NCBI GenBank assembly: GCA_016935555.1 | Contig: JAFGQR010000022.1 | Span: 15,415-79,414 of the forward strand | Length of the DNA stretch: 64,000 bases | Direction of reading: 5' to 3' | Source of the DNA: Verrucomicrobiota bacterium | GTDB taxonomy: Bacteria; Verrucomicrobiota; Verrucomicrobiia; Limisphaerales; JAFGQR01 | Shown here: piece by piece, positions 17,447 to 26,972 of the stretch | Numbering within the stretch: the stretch's first letter is position 1 | Layout of the letters: every line of letters starts with the position of its first letter | Made by a program: the position numbers and the translations under genes | Notes under the pieces: model-generated | The model's input: the letters and a program-made list of their open reading frames with translations, nothing else | Told to the model about the DNA's origin: nothing | The model's database searches: none

Positions 17447-18370
17447 ATGAAAACCATGCCGCCCAGCCCGTCGGCCCGCCCAGCGCCCCTCGAAGCCCCC
17501 GCTCGAGAGCCCGCTCAGTCAATCAGCCCCCGGCCGCGCCGGCCGCGCGCCGCCCTCGGAGGGGCGGTCGCCGGCGGCGTGCTCGCCGCCGCGCTGGTCG
17601 CTTCGCAGGCCGCTGAACCCATTCCCACCGCGGCGCGCCCGGCTGCGATGCGGCTGCGTCCTGCCGAGTTGGAGCCGCCGGCGGAGGGCATCAAGGTGCT
17701 GGTGGTGACGGGGATCGATTATCCCGGGCACCCGTGGCAGCAAACGGCTCCTGCGCTGAAGGGCGTTCTGGAAAAAGATCCGCGGCTCAAGGTGCGGATC
17801 GTTGAGGATCCCGAGGCGCTGGCTTCGCCCAAGCTCGCGCTGTGGGACACGGTCGTCCTGCATTTCATGGACTGGGAAGTGCCCGGGCCCGGCCCTGCGG
17901 CGCGCGACAACCTCAAGCGGTTTGTGTCCGGCGGCAAGGGACTGGCCCTGACGCACTTTGCGTGTGGCGCCTGGGACAACAACGAGTGGCCCGAGTTCCG
18001 CACGCTGGCGGGGCGTGTGTGGGATCCCAAGCGGCGCGCGCACGATCCGCATGGGACGTTCCGCGTGGACATCGCCGATCGTGCGCATCCGATCACACGG
18101 GATCTGGAGCCTTTCGAGACGCTGGACGAGCTCTACACCTGCCTGGCCGGGGAGGCGCCCGTTCATGTGGTGGCCAAGGCGACGTCCAAAGTCGACCGGC
18201 GCGATTACCCGATCGCGTTCGTGTTGCGCTACGGCCAGGGCCGGGTGTTTCACTGCGTCCTGGGGCACGACGCGCGCGCCTACGCCGCTCCAGGCGCAGG
18301 CGAACTGTTCCGCCGCGGCATTGCCTGGACCGCCGGCGTGCCCCCGAAGCCTACCGCCGCCCAACCCTGA
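17447..18370 (+). CDS. Secreted ThuA-like domain protein
   Basis: Signal-like N-terminus. GHPW, FVSGGKGLALTH, HPITRDL..F...DELY, YGQGRVFHCVLGHD. Confidence 0.85.
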   Translation: MKTMPPSPSARPAPLEAPAREPAQSISPRPRRPRAALGGAVAGGVLAAALVASQAAEPIPTAARPAAMRLRPAELEPPAEGIKVLVVTGIDYPGHPWQQTAPALKGVLEKDPRLKVRIVEDPEALASPKLALWDTVVLHFMDWEVPGPGPAARDNLKRFVSGGKGLALTHFACGAWDNNEWPEFRTLAGRVWDPKRRAHDPHGTFRVDIADRAHPITRDLEPFETLDELYTCLAGEAPVHVVAKATSKVDRRDYPIAFVLRYGQGRVFHCVLGHDARAYAAPGAGELFRRGIAWTAGVPPKPTAAQP

Positions 18371-18456
18371 GCCGGCGGCGCGGGCGGTTGGGGCCCAGGG
18401 CAGTTGACCAAGTTGGCGGGTCTGAATATCGACGCCCTATTGCCGGTGCGGTTCAT

Positions 18457-18590
18457 CTTGCTCTTGCTCTTGCTCTTGCTCTTGCTGTTACTCTTACTCC
18501 TGCTCTTCGTCGACGCGGCTGTGGCGAGCAAGAGTAAGAGCAGGAGTAAGAGCAAGAACCTGCGCCGCAGTCACCGGGCCGGACTTTGTC
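18457..18590. repeat. Inverted hexamer tandem-repeat hairpin plus 40-nt core shared with 41167-41206
   Basis: (ctcttg)n / ttactcttactcctgctctt faces aagagcaggagtaagagcaa. Core agcaagaacctgcg...gactttgtc matches the second copy at 34 of 40 positions. Confidence 0.8.
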
Positions 18591-18691
18591 CGTGGCCCTG
18601 CGGTGGGGGCTGCATTTCCGGATTGACTTTGGCGGCGAAGGAAATAGGCTTGGTAATGTCAACCGGCTTTCACCTGCCAACCCGGCCAAAC

Positions 18692-18726
18692 ACTCACTAA
18701 CACGGATGTTAGTGAGTTTTTTGTTT
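18692..18726 (+). terminator. Intrinsic-terminator-like hairpin (or operator palindrome) upstream of the GH27 gene
   Basis: actcactaaca-cgga-tgttagtgagt, a perfect 11-bp stem followed by a T-tract. Confidence 0.6.
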
Positions 18727-18755
18727 GGGGGCTTGAAGGGCGCCGACGCTGTGGC

Positions 18756-20741
18756 ATGCTGCGCCCCATGCGATTTGTTCTTGCGGCGGTGCTGGTCGGG
18801 GCGGGGTGGTTGAGTGCGGCGGACGAGACGGTCTGGCTGACGGAGTTGGACCTTTCGAAGATGCGGCAGGGATGGGGTCGGCCGCAGATCAACCGTTCGA
18901 TCCGGGAGAAGCCCCTGAAGATTGGCGGCGTGGCGTTCGAGCGCGGCGTCGGCACGCACGCGCGCAGCACGCTGTGGGTGGCGCTGGCGGGCGGCGCCGG
19001 GAGATTCACGGCGTTTGCGGGTGTGGATGACGCCGCCGGGGGCCCTGCCTCGATCGAGTTCAGGCTCATGGGCGACGGCCGGACGCTGTGGGAGTCCGGG
19101 CTGATGAAGCCGGGGGACGCCCCGAAGGCTGTGGAGGCGGATCTGCGCGGGGTGAAGACACTGCTGCTCATGGTGGACGACGGCGGCGATGGCATCAGCT
19201 TCGATCACGCCGATTGGGCGGACGCGAAGTTTGTGGTCAGCGGCGCCAAACCGCGCGCCGTGAGCGCCCCGGTCGAACCCGGTGTCCTGCTCACCCCCAA
19301 GCCGGGACCGGCTCCGCGGCTCAACGGGCCCGCCGTCTGCGGGGGCCGCCCGGGCCATTTTTTTCTTTACCGGATTCCTGCCCAGGGGCAGCGCCCGATG
19401 ACATTTGCGGCGGAGGGGCTGCCATCGACACTGCGCCTGGACCCGCACACGGGCATCATCACGGGAACCGTGCCGCCCCGGGGCGAGCACCCGGTGCGGC
19501 TGCGTGCGGAGAACGCCCATGGCCGGGCTGCGCGGCTGTTGCGGATTGTGTCTGGCGACACGCTGGCGCTGACGCCGCCGATGGGGTGGAACCACTGGTA
19601 TGCGCATTACAACCGGATCACGGATGCGATGATGCGCGAGGCGGCGGACATCATGATCCGCAGCGGCATGGCCGACGTGGGCTACCAATACGTCAACATT
19701 GACGATTGCTGGATGAACGCCAGGCCGGACGCCAAACGGCCGGACCCGATGCGAACGGGGCCGTTGCGCGACGCGGCGGGGGACGTGATTCCGAACAGGC
19801 ATTTTCCGGACATGGGGGGTTTGGCCGCTTACATCCACAGTCTGGGGCTGAAGGCGGGGTTGTACACGTCGCCGGGGCCGTTCACCTGCGCGGGCTATGC
19901 CGGCGCCTACCAGCACGAGGAACAGGATGCCCGCCGGTTTGCCGGGTGGGGCTATGATTTCCTGAAATACGACTGGTGCTCCTACGGCCAGGTGGTGAAG
20001 GGGGACAACAGCCTGGAGGCGATGAAGAAGCCTTACCGGCTGATGGGCGACATCCTGAAGCGGCTGGACCGCGACATCGTGCTCAACCTCTGCCAGTATG
20101 GGATGGGCGACGTCTGGGAATGGGGCGCCGAGGTGGGCGGCCATTGCTGGCGCACGTCCGGCGACCTGGGGTTCGAACTGGACCGCATCTTCGAGGTGGC
20201 CCTCAAGAACGCCGAGCATCGCCAGTGGTCCAAACCCGGCGCGTGGAACGACCCGGATTACATCCAGATCGGCCACATCGGCAGCGCGCGCGGGGGCGGC
20301 TTGCCCGAACCGTGCCCGCTGACGCCCAGCGAGCAATATGCGTTCATGTCGTTGTGGTGCCTGATGGCGGCGCCGTTGTTTTACAGCGGCGACATGACGC
20401 GTCTGGACGAGTTCACGCTCAATGTGCTCTGCAACCCGGAGGTGATCGAGATCGACCAGGATCCCCTCGGCCAATGCGCCCGCGTCGTCCCCCTCGGCGC
20501 CCATGCCTTCGCCATGGTCAAAGACCTCGCCGATCACTCCAAGGCCGTCGGGCTCTTCAACCGCGGCGAGTTCCCCGCCGTCGTCGAGGCGCCCTGGAGC
20601 GACCTGGGCATCGCAGGACCGCACCGTGTCCGCGACCTGTGGCGGCAGAAGGACCTCAGCGACGCCGTCAGCGCCCTGCGTGCCGACGTGCCCCGGCACG
20701 GCGTCGCGCTGGTCCGGCTGTTTCCGCGCGCCCGGCAGTGA
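18756..20741 (+). CDS. Secreted GH27 alpha-galactosidase with NPCBM and Ig-like domains
   Basis: NPCBM (FERGVGTHA, DHADWADA), Ig-like (GLPSTLRLDPHTGIITG), GH27 motifs TPPMGWN, NIDDCW, DFLKYDWC, WRTSGD, WNDPD. Confidence 0.93.
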   Translation: MLRPMRFVLAAVLVGAGWLSAADETVWLTELDLSKMRQGWGRPQINRSIREKPLKIGGVAFERGVGTHARSTLWVALAGGAGRFTAFAGVDDAAGGPASIEFRLMGDGRTLWESGLMKPGDAPKAVEADLRGVKTLLLMVDDGGDGISFDHADWADAKFVVSGAKPRAVSAPVEPGVLLTPKPGPAPRLNGPAVCGGRPGHFFLYRIPAQGQRPMTFAAEGLPSTLRLDPHTGIITGTVPPRGEHPVRLRAENAHGRAARLLRIVSGDTLALTPPMGWNHWYAHYNRITDAMMREAADIMIRSGMADVGYQYVNIDDCWMNARPDAKRPDPMRTGPLRDAAGDVIPNRHFPDMGGLAAYIHSLGLKAGLYTSPGPFTCAGYAGAYQHEEQDARRFAGWGYDFLKYDWCSYGQVVKGDNSLEAMKKPYRLMGDILKRLDRDIVLNLCQYGMGDVWEWGAEVGGHCWRTSGDLGFELDRIFEVALKNAEHRQWSKPGAWNDPDYIQIGHIGSARGGGLPEPCPLTPSEQYAFMSLWCLMAAPLFYSGDMTRLDEFTLNVLCNPEVIEIDQDPLGQCARVVPLGAHAFAMVKDLADHSKAVGLFNRGEFPAVVEAPWSDLGIAGPHRVRDLWRQKDLSDAVSALRADVPRHGVALVRLFPRARQ

Positions 20742-20915
20742 ATTCCGTGTTGACGGCGCGGCCGCGTTGTTGCAGGGTGCCCGGGTTGGCGCAAAAAACA
20801 GCGGTGTTGGTGTCCGGTGACAGATTGTCCGGGATTCAAATCCAATAAAGGCAACCAGATCCTGCAGGGCGGAATCTCCCACTCGGTTTTTTGAGCAGAC
20901 GAGATGTGATGAGGT

Positions 20916-21236
20916 ATGCAGAACGAAGCAAGACTCTTTGTGGGCAACCTGGCCTACCAAACGATGGAAAGCGACCTGACGGAATACTTCTCGCAGGCCG
21001 GCGTGGTGTCGTCCGTGGATTTGATCCTCGACAAGTTCACCGGCCGCTCCAAAGGATTTGCGTTCGTCGAGTTCTCCAGTTCCGAGGAGGCCAACAAGGC
21101 GGTCGAGATGTTTCACAACAAAGAGTTCCAAGGCCGTCTGCTGACGGTCAACGTCGCCCGGCCCAAGGAAGAACGCCCGCCGCGCTCAGGCGGCGGCTAC
21201 CGGTCGCAAGAGGGTTCGGGTTCGGAAGCGCGCTGA
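20916..21236 (+). CDS. RRM-domain RNA-binding protein
   Basis: RNP2 LFVGNL, RNP1 KGFAFVEF, LTVNVARPKEER, Gly-rich tail. Confidence 0.95.
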   Translation: MQNEARLFVGNLAYQTMESDLTEYFSQAGVVSSVDLILDKFTGRSKGFAFVEFSSSEEANKAVEMFHNKEFQGRLLTVNVARPKEERPPRSGGGYRSQEGSGSEAR

Positions 21237-21314
21237 TCCCGGCGCCGTCTTGACCCCCGTCCGGAGGGTTTTCTCCCGGGCCCGCGCCGCCGGCGGGTCG
21301 TTTTGAATATGAGG

Positions 21315-21343
21315 TTGACAGGCCTGCGGGCCAAACCTAGGTT
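21315..21343 (+). promoter_or_regulatory. Sigma-70 promoter
   Basis: TTGACA-N17-TAGGTT, 25 nt upstream of ATG 21369. Confidence 0.65.
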
Positions 21344-21368
21344 GCGCACACTGATGCATCACTGATTT

Positions 21369-21866
21369 ATGGCCGAACCGCCTTCCAACATCCCAGCAGC
21401 CGTCCCGCCCAAACCGGGCGATCCCGCCAAGGTGCAGCCGAAGAAGGAAACCGTGCGGATCAGCCTGCCGCCGAAACCTTCGGCCACCATCAAGCTGCCC
21501 ACCCTGCCGGCCGCCGGCGGACCGCCTCCACCCTCCGTTGCCAAACCCGGCGTAACCGGTCCGGCGGTGCCCACCACCCGCCCAGGCCCCATGCCGGCCA
21601 GCCCGCGCCCGGCATCGTCCCCGGCTGGCATTGCCGCGCCGGCGGCGGCCGCGCCGCGCTCGACGCTGGTCAGCGCCCCGACGACCAAGGGGACGATGGT
21701 CACGGGGGCGCCTGCCGCCGGGCGTGCTCCGTCCGCGGGTGGGCGTGCCGGCGTCGCGAGGGGCGGCGGCCGGGTGAGCACGGTGGATGTGGGCCTGGCG
21801 ATCGCCGCGCTGGTGTTCTGCCTGGGCGCGGTGGCCAGCCTGTTATTTCTGCTTCAAATGAACTGA
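21369..21866 (+). CDS. Pro/Ala-rich protein with C-terminal membrane anchor
   Basis: PKKETVRISLPPKP N-terminal motif, low-complexity middle, hydrophobic C-terminus, own promoter. Confidence 0.7.
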   Translation: MAEPPSNIPAAVPPKPGDPAKVQPKKETVRISLPPKPSATIKLPTLPAAGGPPPPSVAKPGVTGPAVPTTRPGPMPASPRPASSPAGIAAPAAAAPRSTLVSAPTTKGTMVTGAPAAGRAPSAGGRAGVARGGGRVSTVDVGLAIAALVFCLGAVASLLFLLQMN

Positions 21867-21953
21867 TCTGACCTGACCTGAGCTGGGCCGGCGGTGCCCA
21901 AAGCCCGGCCTGTGTGCGGCGCGTCCATGTTCAGTCGATCGTCTCGTGTTGCC

Positions 21954-22286
21954 ATGCCAGCCTCCAATATCCTGACTCTTACCCATAACAACTTCGGCGA
22001 CGAAGTGATCGCCTCACCGGTTCCGATCCTGGTGGATTTCTGGGCGGAATGGTGCGGGCCGTGCAAGATGGTCGCCCCCATCCTGGACGAGTTGGCAGCC
22101 GAATACGACGGCAAGGTCCGCTTCGGCAAGGTCAACATCGATGATCACCAGCTGCTGGCCAGCGAATACGGCATTCGGGCCATCCCCACCCTCCTGCTGT
22201 TCAAGGAAGGCCAGATCAACGACCACATCGTTGGACTCCGCAGCAAACGCGAGTTGAAGGAGAAAATCGACGCCGCCCTCGGCTGA
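21954..22286 (+). CDS. trxA: Thioredoxin
   Basis: LVDFWAEWCGPCK, GIRAIPTLLLFK. Confidence 0.95.
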   Translation: MPASNILTLTHNNFGDEVIASPVPILVDFWAEWCGPCKMVAPILDELAAEYDGKVRFGKVNIDDHQLLASEYGIRAIPTLLLFKEGQINDHIVGLRSKRELKEKIDAALG

Positions 22287-22309
22287 GGCGGCGTCCTGCC
22301 GCCGGCGTC

Positions 22310-23326
22310 ATGGCTCTCGTTTGCACTCCCGGACAGCTGCGACGTCGTGCGGAACTCTTCGATCGGCTGGCCCAACTCACGGCGGCGGGCATGCCGCTGC
22401 CGGCGGCGATCGAGGATCAACGCCGGCAGGCGGCCAGCGCGCCGTTCCGTTCTCCCCTGGCCACGCTTTCCCGCCAGCTCCACAGCGGGTCCACGCTCGG
22501 CGACGCCCTGCCCCACACCGGCCGATGGCTGTCCGACTTCGACGCTGCCCTGCTGCGTGCGGGTGAGCAGAGCGGGCGTCTGCCGGGCGTCTTGGAACTG
22601 CTCGCCAGACACTACCGGGCGCGGGCGGACCTCGCGCGGACGCTGCTGGTGCTGCTGGCGTATCCCCTCCTGCTGGCTCACGTGGCGGCGCTGATCTTTC
22701 CCGTCGAACGACTGCAGCACCTGGTCCTGCGCGGCGATTGGGCTGGCTATGTGGGCCACAAACTGCTCCTGCTCGTCCCCTTTTACACCGTCGTCCTGCT
22801 CGGCATCGCCGCCTTCCAGGACAGCCGCGGCGAGTCCTGGCGCGCGCTGCTCGAACGCGTCCTCCACTATGTTCCCGGGTTGGGCCCCGCCCGGCGTTCG
22901 CTGGCCTTGGCGCGGCTGGCGGCGGCGCTTGAGGCCTTGATCGGCGCGGGGGTGTCCATCATCGAGGCCTGGGACCTGGCCGCCGCGGCAAGCGGTTCGC
23001 CCGCCTTGCGCCGCATCGTGCAGGAGTCCAAGGCCAAGCTTTACGAGGGGATGACCCCGGCGGACATGGTCCGGGAGCATCCGGCGTTTCCGCCAACTTT
23101 CGCCAGCCAATACCAGGTCGGCGAAATCAGCGGGCAGCTGGAAGCGTCGCTGATCCGGCTCCGCGACGACTGCCAGGAGGACGGTTTTCGGCGGTTGAAG
23201 GTTGTTTTCATGGTGGGGGCGGGGTTGGCAGTCGGCTTGGTGCTGCTGCTGGTGGCTTGGCAGATCATCCACTTCTGGGTGCGGTATTACCAGAACATCT
23301 TCGAAGCCATTCCGGGCGCCACCTGA
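22310..23326 (+). CDS. Type II secretion F / PilC-family platform protein
   Basis: Two T2SSF repeats (AGEQSGRL, VGEISGQLE) with transmembrane segments. Confidence 0.88.
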   Translation: MALVCTPGQLRRRAELFDRLAQLTAAGMPLPAAIEDQRRQAASAPFRSPLATLSRQLHSGSTLGDALPHTGRWLSDFDAALLRAGEQSGRLPGVLELLARHYRARADLARTLLVLLAYPLLLAHVAALIFPVERLQHLVLRGDWAGYVGHKLLLLVPFYTVVLLGIAAFQDSRGESWRALLERVLHYVPGLGPARRSLALARLAAALEALIGAGVSIIEAWDLAAAASGSPALRRIVQESKAKLYEGMTPADMVREHPAFPPTFASQYQVGEISGQLEASLIRLRDDCQEDGFRRLKVVFMVGAGLAVGLVLLLVAWQIIHFWVRYYQNIFEAIPGAT

Positions 23327-23398
23327 ACGCGGGGCTTGTCTGTGGCGCGCGGTTGGCTATGCTGCCAGCCGACAACACCGTATCCCGACGGAGATCTT

Positions 23399-24937
23399 AT
23401 GCGAACACTTCTGATTGGCATTGACAGCGGCACGCAATCCACCAAGGCGCTGGTGGTCGACGCCCGCAGCGGGCGCGTCGTCGGCGCCGGCGCCGCGGCC
23501 TACGACCTGATTGCCGGCCTGCCGCCTGGCGCCAAGGAACAGCATCCCGCGACCTGGCGCGATGCCACCGTGAAGGCTGTCCGAGGGGCTCTCAAACAGG
23601 CGCGGGCCCGGGCAGCGGAGGTGAAGGCCATGGGAGTCAGCGGCCAGCAGCACGGCTTCGTGCCGCTGGACAAGGCGGGCCAGGTGATCCGGCCTGCCAA
23701 GCTCTGGTGCGACACGTCGACCAGCGCCGAGTGCGACACGATCACGGCGCGGCTTGGGGGGCTGAAGGGGGCGATTCGCCGCCTGGGCAACGCCGTGCTG
23801 CCCGGATTCACCGCATCAAAAATCCTCTGGCTCAAGCAGCATGAGCCGAAGCACTATGCGCGGCTGGGGATGGTGTTGTTGCCGCACGACTACTTGAACT
23901 ACTGGCTGACCGGCCAGGCTGTGATGGAATACGGCGATGCCAGCGGCACCGCCTTGCTGGACGTCCGCAAGCGCCAATGGTCCGCCGCCGTGCTGGAAGC
24001 GATCGACAGCGGCTTGCGGGACAAGTTGCCGCCCCTGCAGCCCAGCGACCAGCCGGTCGGCACCCTGCAGGCCGCCACGGCCAGGGCGCTGGGCCTGACC
24101 AGCAACGTGCTGGTGAGCGCCGGCGGCGGCGACAACATGATGGGCGCCATTGGCACCGGCAACACCCGCCAGGGCGTCATCACCGCAAGCTTCGGCACCA
24201 GCGGCACCATCTATGCCTGCTCCGAACAACCCGTCGTCGATCCCCAAGGCGAAATCGCCGCGTTCTGCGATTCCACCAACCGCTGGCTGCCCCTGCTCTG
24301 CACCATGAATGTCACCGTCGCCACCGAAATGGTCCGCGAGGATTTCAAAATGTCCCACGCCGCCTTCGAAGCCGCCGCCGCCCAAGCGCCTGCGGGCTCG
24401 GACGGCTTGTGTCTTCTGCCTTACCTGGAAGGCGAACGCACGCCGAATGTGCCCGAAGGCACCGGCGTGTTCCTTGGCGTGTCCCCCCGCACCTTCACCG
24501 CCCCGCACTTCGCCCGCGCCGCCATGGAAGGTGTCACCCTCGGAATGAACTACGGCCTGCGCCGGCTCGCCCAGCTCGGCGTCCAACCCGCGCAGATTCG
24601 CGCCACGGGCGGCGGCGCCCGTTCGGCACTGTGGCGTCAGATCATGGCCGACATTTTCAATGCCGAGGTCGTCACCTTGAAGGTGGCCGAAGGCGCCGCT
24701 TACGGCGCCGCCCTCCAGGCGCTCTGGTGCTGGCGCCGCCACCAGGGCGAACGCCTCACCATCACCGACATCACCGACGCGTTTGTGAAGTTGAACCCGG
24801 CCGACACAGCGCGTCCGAAGGCGGCGCGGGTCAGAGTCTACCGCGAAGCGCAGGCGCTCCAGGATGAATTGTCCCTGGCGCTGCGCCCTGTGTTCGCGCG
24901 TCACCGCGCCTTCGTGGCCCCAAACGCGGCCCGGTGA
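23399..24937 (+). CDS. xylB: Xylulokinase
   Basis: GIDSGTQSTKA, GVSGQQHG, AKLWCD, GGGDN, PYLEGERTP, GGGARS. Confidence 0.92.
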   Translation: MRTLLIGIDSGTQSTKALVVDARSGRVVGAGAAAYDLIAGLPPGAKEQHPATWRDATVKAVRGALKQARARAAEVKAMGVSGQQHGFVPLDKAGQVIRPAKLWCDTSTSAECDTITARLGGLKGAIRRLGNAVLPGFTASKILWLKQHEPKHYARLGMVLLPHDYLNYWLTGQAVMEYGDASGTALLDVRKRQWSAAVLEAIDSGLRDKLPPLQPSDQPVGTLQAATARALGLTSNVLVSAGGGDNMMGAIGTGNTRQGVITASFGTSGTIYACSEQPVVDPQGEIAAFCDSTNRWLPLLCTMNVTVATEMVREDFKMSHAAFEAAAAQAPAGSDGLCLLPYLEGERTPNVPEGTGVFLGVSPRTFTAPHFARAAMEGVTLGMNYGLRRLAQLGVQPAQIRATGGGARSALWRQIMADIFNAEVVTLKVAEGAAYGAALQALWCWRRHQGERLTITDITDAFVKLNPADTARPKAARVRVYREAQALQDELSLALRPVFARHRAFVAPNAAR

Positions 24938-25118
24938 GCGCCGGGCGTTGACCCCTGGGCGCCGGCTCCAAGGCCGCCGCCGCTTGCGCCCCGCGAGAGC
25001 GCACGCCCGCACCCCGCGCCGGGGGGCTTGCGCACGTCTGCGCTTGATCGGGCGAATTCCAGCGTGCAAAGATTTTCCCCCGGTTGCCGCGGCGACAGGC
25101 CGTGCCAGCCGCAATGCG

Positions 25119-26972
25119 ATGTGCGACGTGCGAAGCAGACAGACCGGTGACGGCCAGGCAGGCGCGGGGAGCGTCGATGCCGGTTGGGGACGCGTGCGGC
25201 GGGCGGGGTGGGCATGGATGGCGGCCGGGGTGGCGGCGGCGCTGACGGGGGGCGCCTTGCGGGGCGCGACGCTGACGGCCGCGCTTGATCGGAGCATGGT
25301 ACCGCTGGGCGAGAGCGTCACGTTGTCGCTGATCTTCGAAGGAGGCGCCCCGCCGGGCAGCCCGCGGCTGCCGGAGCTGGTTGGGGTGCGGGTGCAGCCG
25401 GGGGTAAGCCAGCGGAGCGAATTCACCTTTGTGAACGGGCGGCAGAGTTCGCGTCAGATTTTCGACTACGTGCTGGTGCCGCTGCGCTTGGGGGAGGTGG
25501 TGGTGCCGGGTTTGCAGATCCAGGTGGGGCAGGAGGTGTTGAGGAGCCAGCCGCTGGTGCTGAAGGTGGTCGAGGGCACCGCTCGCAACGCGGTCACCAA
25601 CCTGGCCTTCCTCCGCCTGGTCGCGACGCGGAAGCAGGTGTATGTGGGCGAGCCGTTCCGGGTGGAGATGCAATTGTATGTGCGCCTGCAGGGGGCCACG
25701 GACGTGAACCGCCCGCAGCTTGCCGCCGAGGGATTCTCGTTCGGGCAGATCCAACAGGGCCCGCAAAGCCGCACCCAGGTGGAAGGCGGCGTGTTTGACG
25801 TGGTCACCTTCCAGCTGGCGGCGACCCCGGTCAAGGCGGGCATGCTCAAGCTGGGGCCGGCCACGTGCGATCTGACGCTGCTGATTCCCTCGGGGGCGCC
25901 GCAGCGGCGACTGGATCCTTTTGGGGATCCGTTCGGGTTGTTTGGCGGGCGGAACCTGAGGCGGCATCCCACGACGATTGCCAGCGAAATCCTCCCGGTG
26001 GAGGTGCTGCCGTTGCCCGGCACCCAGGTGCCGCCCACATTCAACGGCGCGGTGGGCCGTTTCCAGTTGAACGTCACCGCCAGCCCCACGGAAGTTGCAG
26101 TCGGCGACCCGATCACGGTGCGGGTCCAGATCTCCGGCACCGGCCCGATTGAGGCGCTCAACCTGCCGACCCAGCCCGCCTGGAAAGAGTTCAAAACCTA
26201 CCCGCCCTCCAGCGAGTTCGCCGCGGGCGACCCGCTTCATTTGTCGGGAACGAAGACCTTCACCCAGGTGCTGATTCCGCAGAATCACGAGATCAAGACG
26301 CTCCCGCCGTTTACGTTCTCGTACTTCGATTCGCAGGCCCGCCAATACCGAACGCTGTCCGGCCCCGCGATCGCGCTGACCGTGAAGGCCGAGACCAGCC
26401 CGGCCGCGCCGCCGCCGCTCCTGGCGTCGAACCCGGCGCCCCATGTCCCGGTGCCGGTGGATGATGTGTTGCCGGTGCAGACGCGCCTGGAGGGGGCAGC
26501 CATGCCGGAGCCATTTCTGGCGTCGCAGCCGTGGTTTCTGGGGGTGCAGAGCCTGCCCGTGCTCGCCTGGCTGTCCATCTGGCTCTGGCGCAAGCGCGCC
26601 GACAGGCTCGCCCACAACCCCAGGCTCCGCCGGCAGCGCGAGGTGGCGCGGGAGGTTCGCGCTGGCCTGGCATCGCTGCGCGCCCAGGCCGCCGCGGGCC
26701 AGCCGGCCGGGTTTTTCGCCACGCTGTTCCACCTGCTCCAACAGCAAATCGGGGAGCGCCTCGATACCGCCTCCTCCGCGATCACCGAAGCGGTGATCGA
26801 GGAGCGGTTGACCGGAGCCGGCTTGCCGGAGGCGGTGCTCGCGGATCTGCACGAGTTGTTTCAAAGCTGCAACCTTGCCCGCTATGCCCCCACCCAAAGC
26901 ACCCAGGAACTGGTCGCCCTGGTGCCCCGGGTCGAATCCACCCTCCGCGCCCTGCAGACCTGGACGCCATGA
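25119..26972 (+). CDS. batD: BatD-family protein
   Basis: Repeated beta domains, VYVGEP, FNGAVGRF, SYFDS...YRTL, TM helix and BatD-type helical tail. Start uncertain. Confidence 0.8.
   Translation: MCDVRSRQTGDGQAGAGSVDAGWGRVRRAGWAWMAAGVAAALTGGALRGATLTAALDRSMVPLGESVTLSLIFEGGAPPGSPRLPELVGVRVQPGVSQRSEFTFVNGRQSSRQIFDYVLVPLRLGEVVVPGLQIQVGQEVLRSQPLVLKVVEGTARNAVTNLAFLRLVATRKQVYVGEPFRVEMQLYVRLQGATDVNRPQLAAEGFSFGQIQQGPQSRTQVEGGVFDVVTFQLAATPVKAGMLKLGPATCDLTLLIPSGAPQRRLDPFGDPFGLFGGRNLRRHPTTIASEILPVEVLPLPGTQVPPTFNGAVGRFQLNVTASPTEVAVGDPITVRVQISGTGPIEALNLPTQPAWKEFKTYPPSSEFAAGDPLHLSGTKTFTQVLIPQNHEIKTLPPFTFSYFDSQARQYRTLSGPAIALTVKAETSPAAPPPLLASNPAPHVPVPVDDVLPVQTRLEGAAMPEPFLASQPWFLGVQSLPVLAWLSIWLWRKRADRLAHNPRLRRQREVAREVRAGLASLRAQAAAGQPAGFFATLFHLLQQQIGERLDTASSAITEAVIEERLTGAGLPEAVLADLHELFQSCNLARYAPTQSTQELVALVPRVESTLRALQTWTP

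Noticed and set aside
18457-18560. Possible CRISPR array
   Set aside because: Units are 6-nt tandem repeats without unique spacers, and no cas genes are in the window.
18404-18700. ORFs with poly-Leu or SKSKSK runs (18404-18700 +, 18280-18555 -)
   Set aside because: Translations of the hexamer repeat hairpin, not credible proteins.
20745-20915. Riboswitch in the long leader of the RRM gene
   Set aside because: No known aptamer consensus recognisable by eye; would need an Rfam/Infernal scan.
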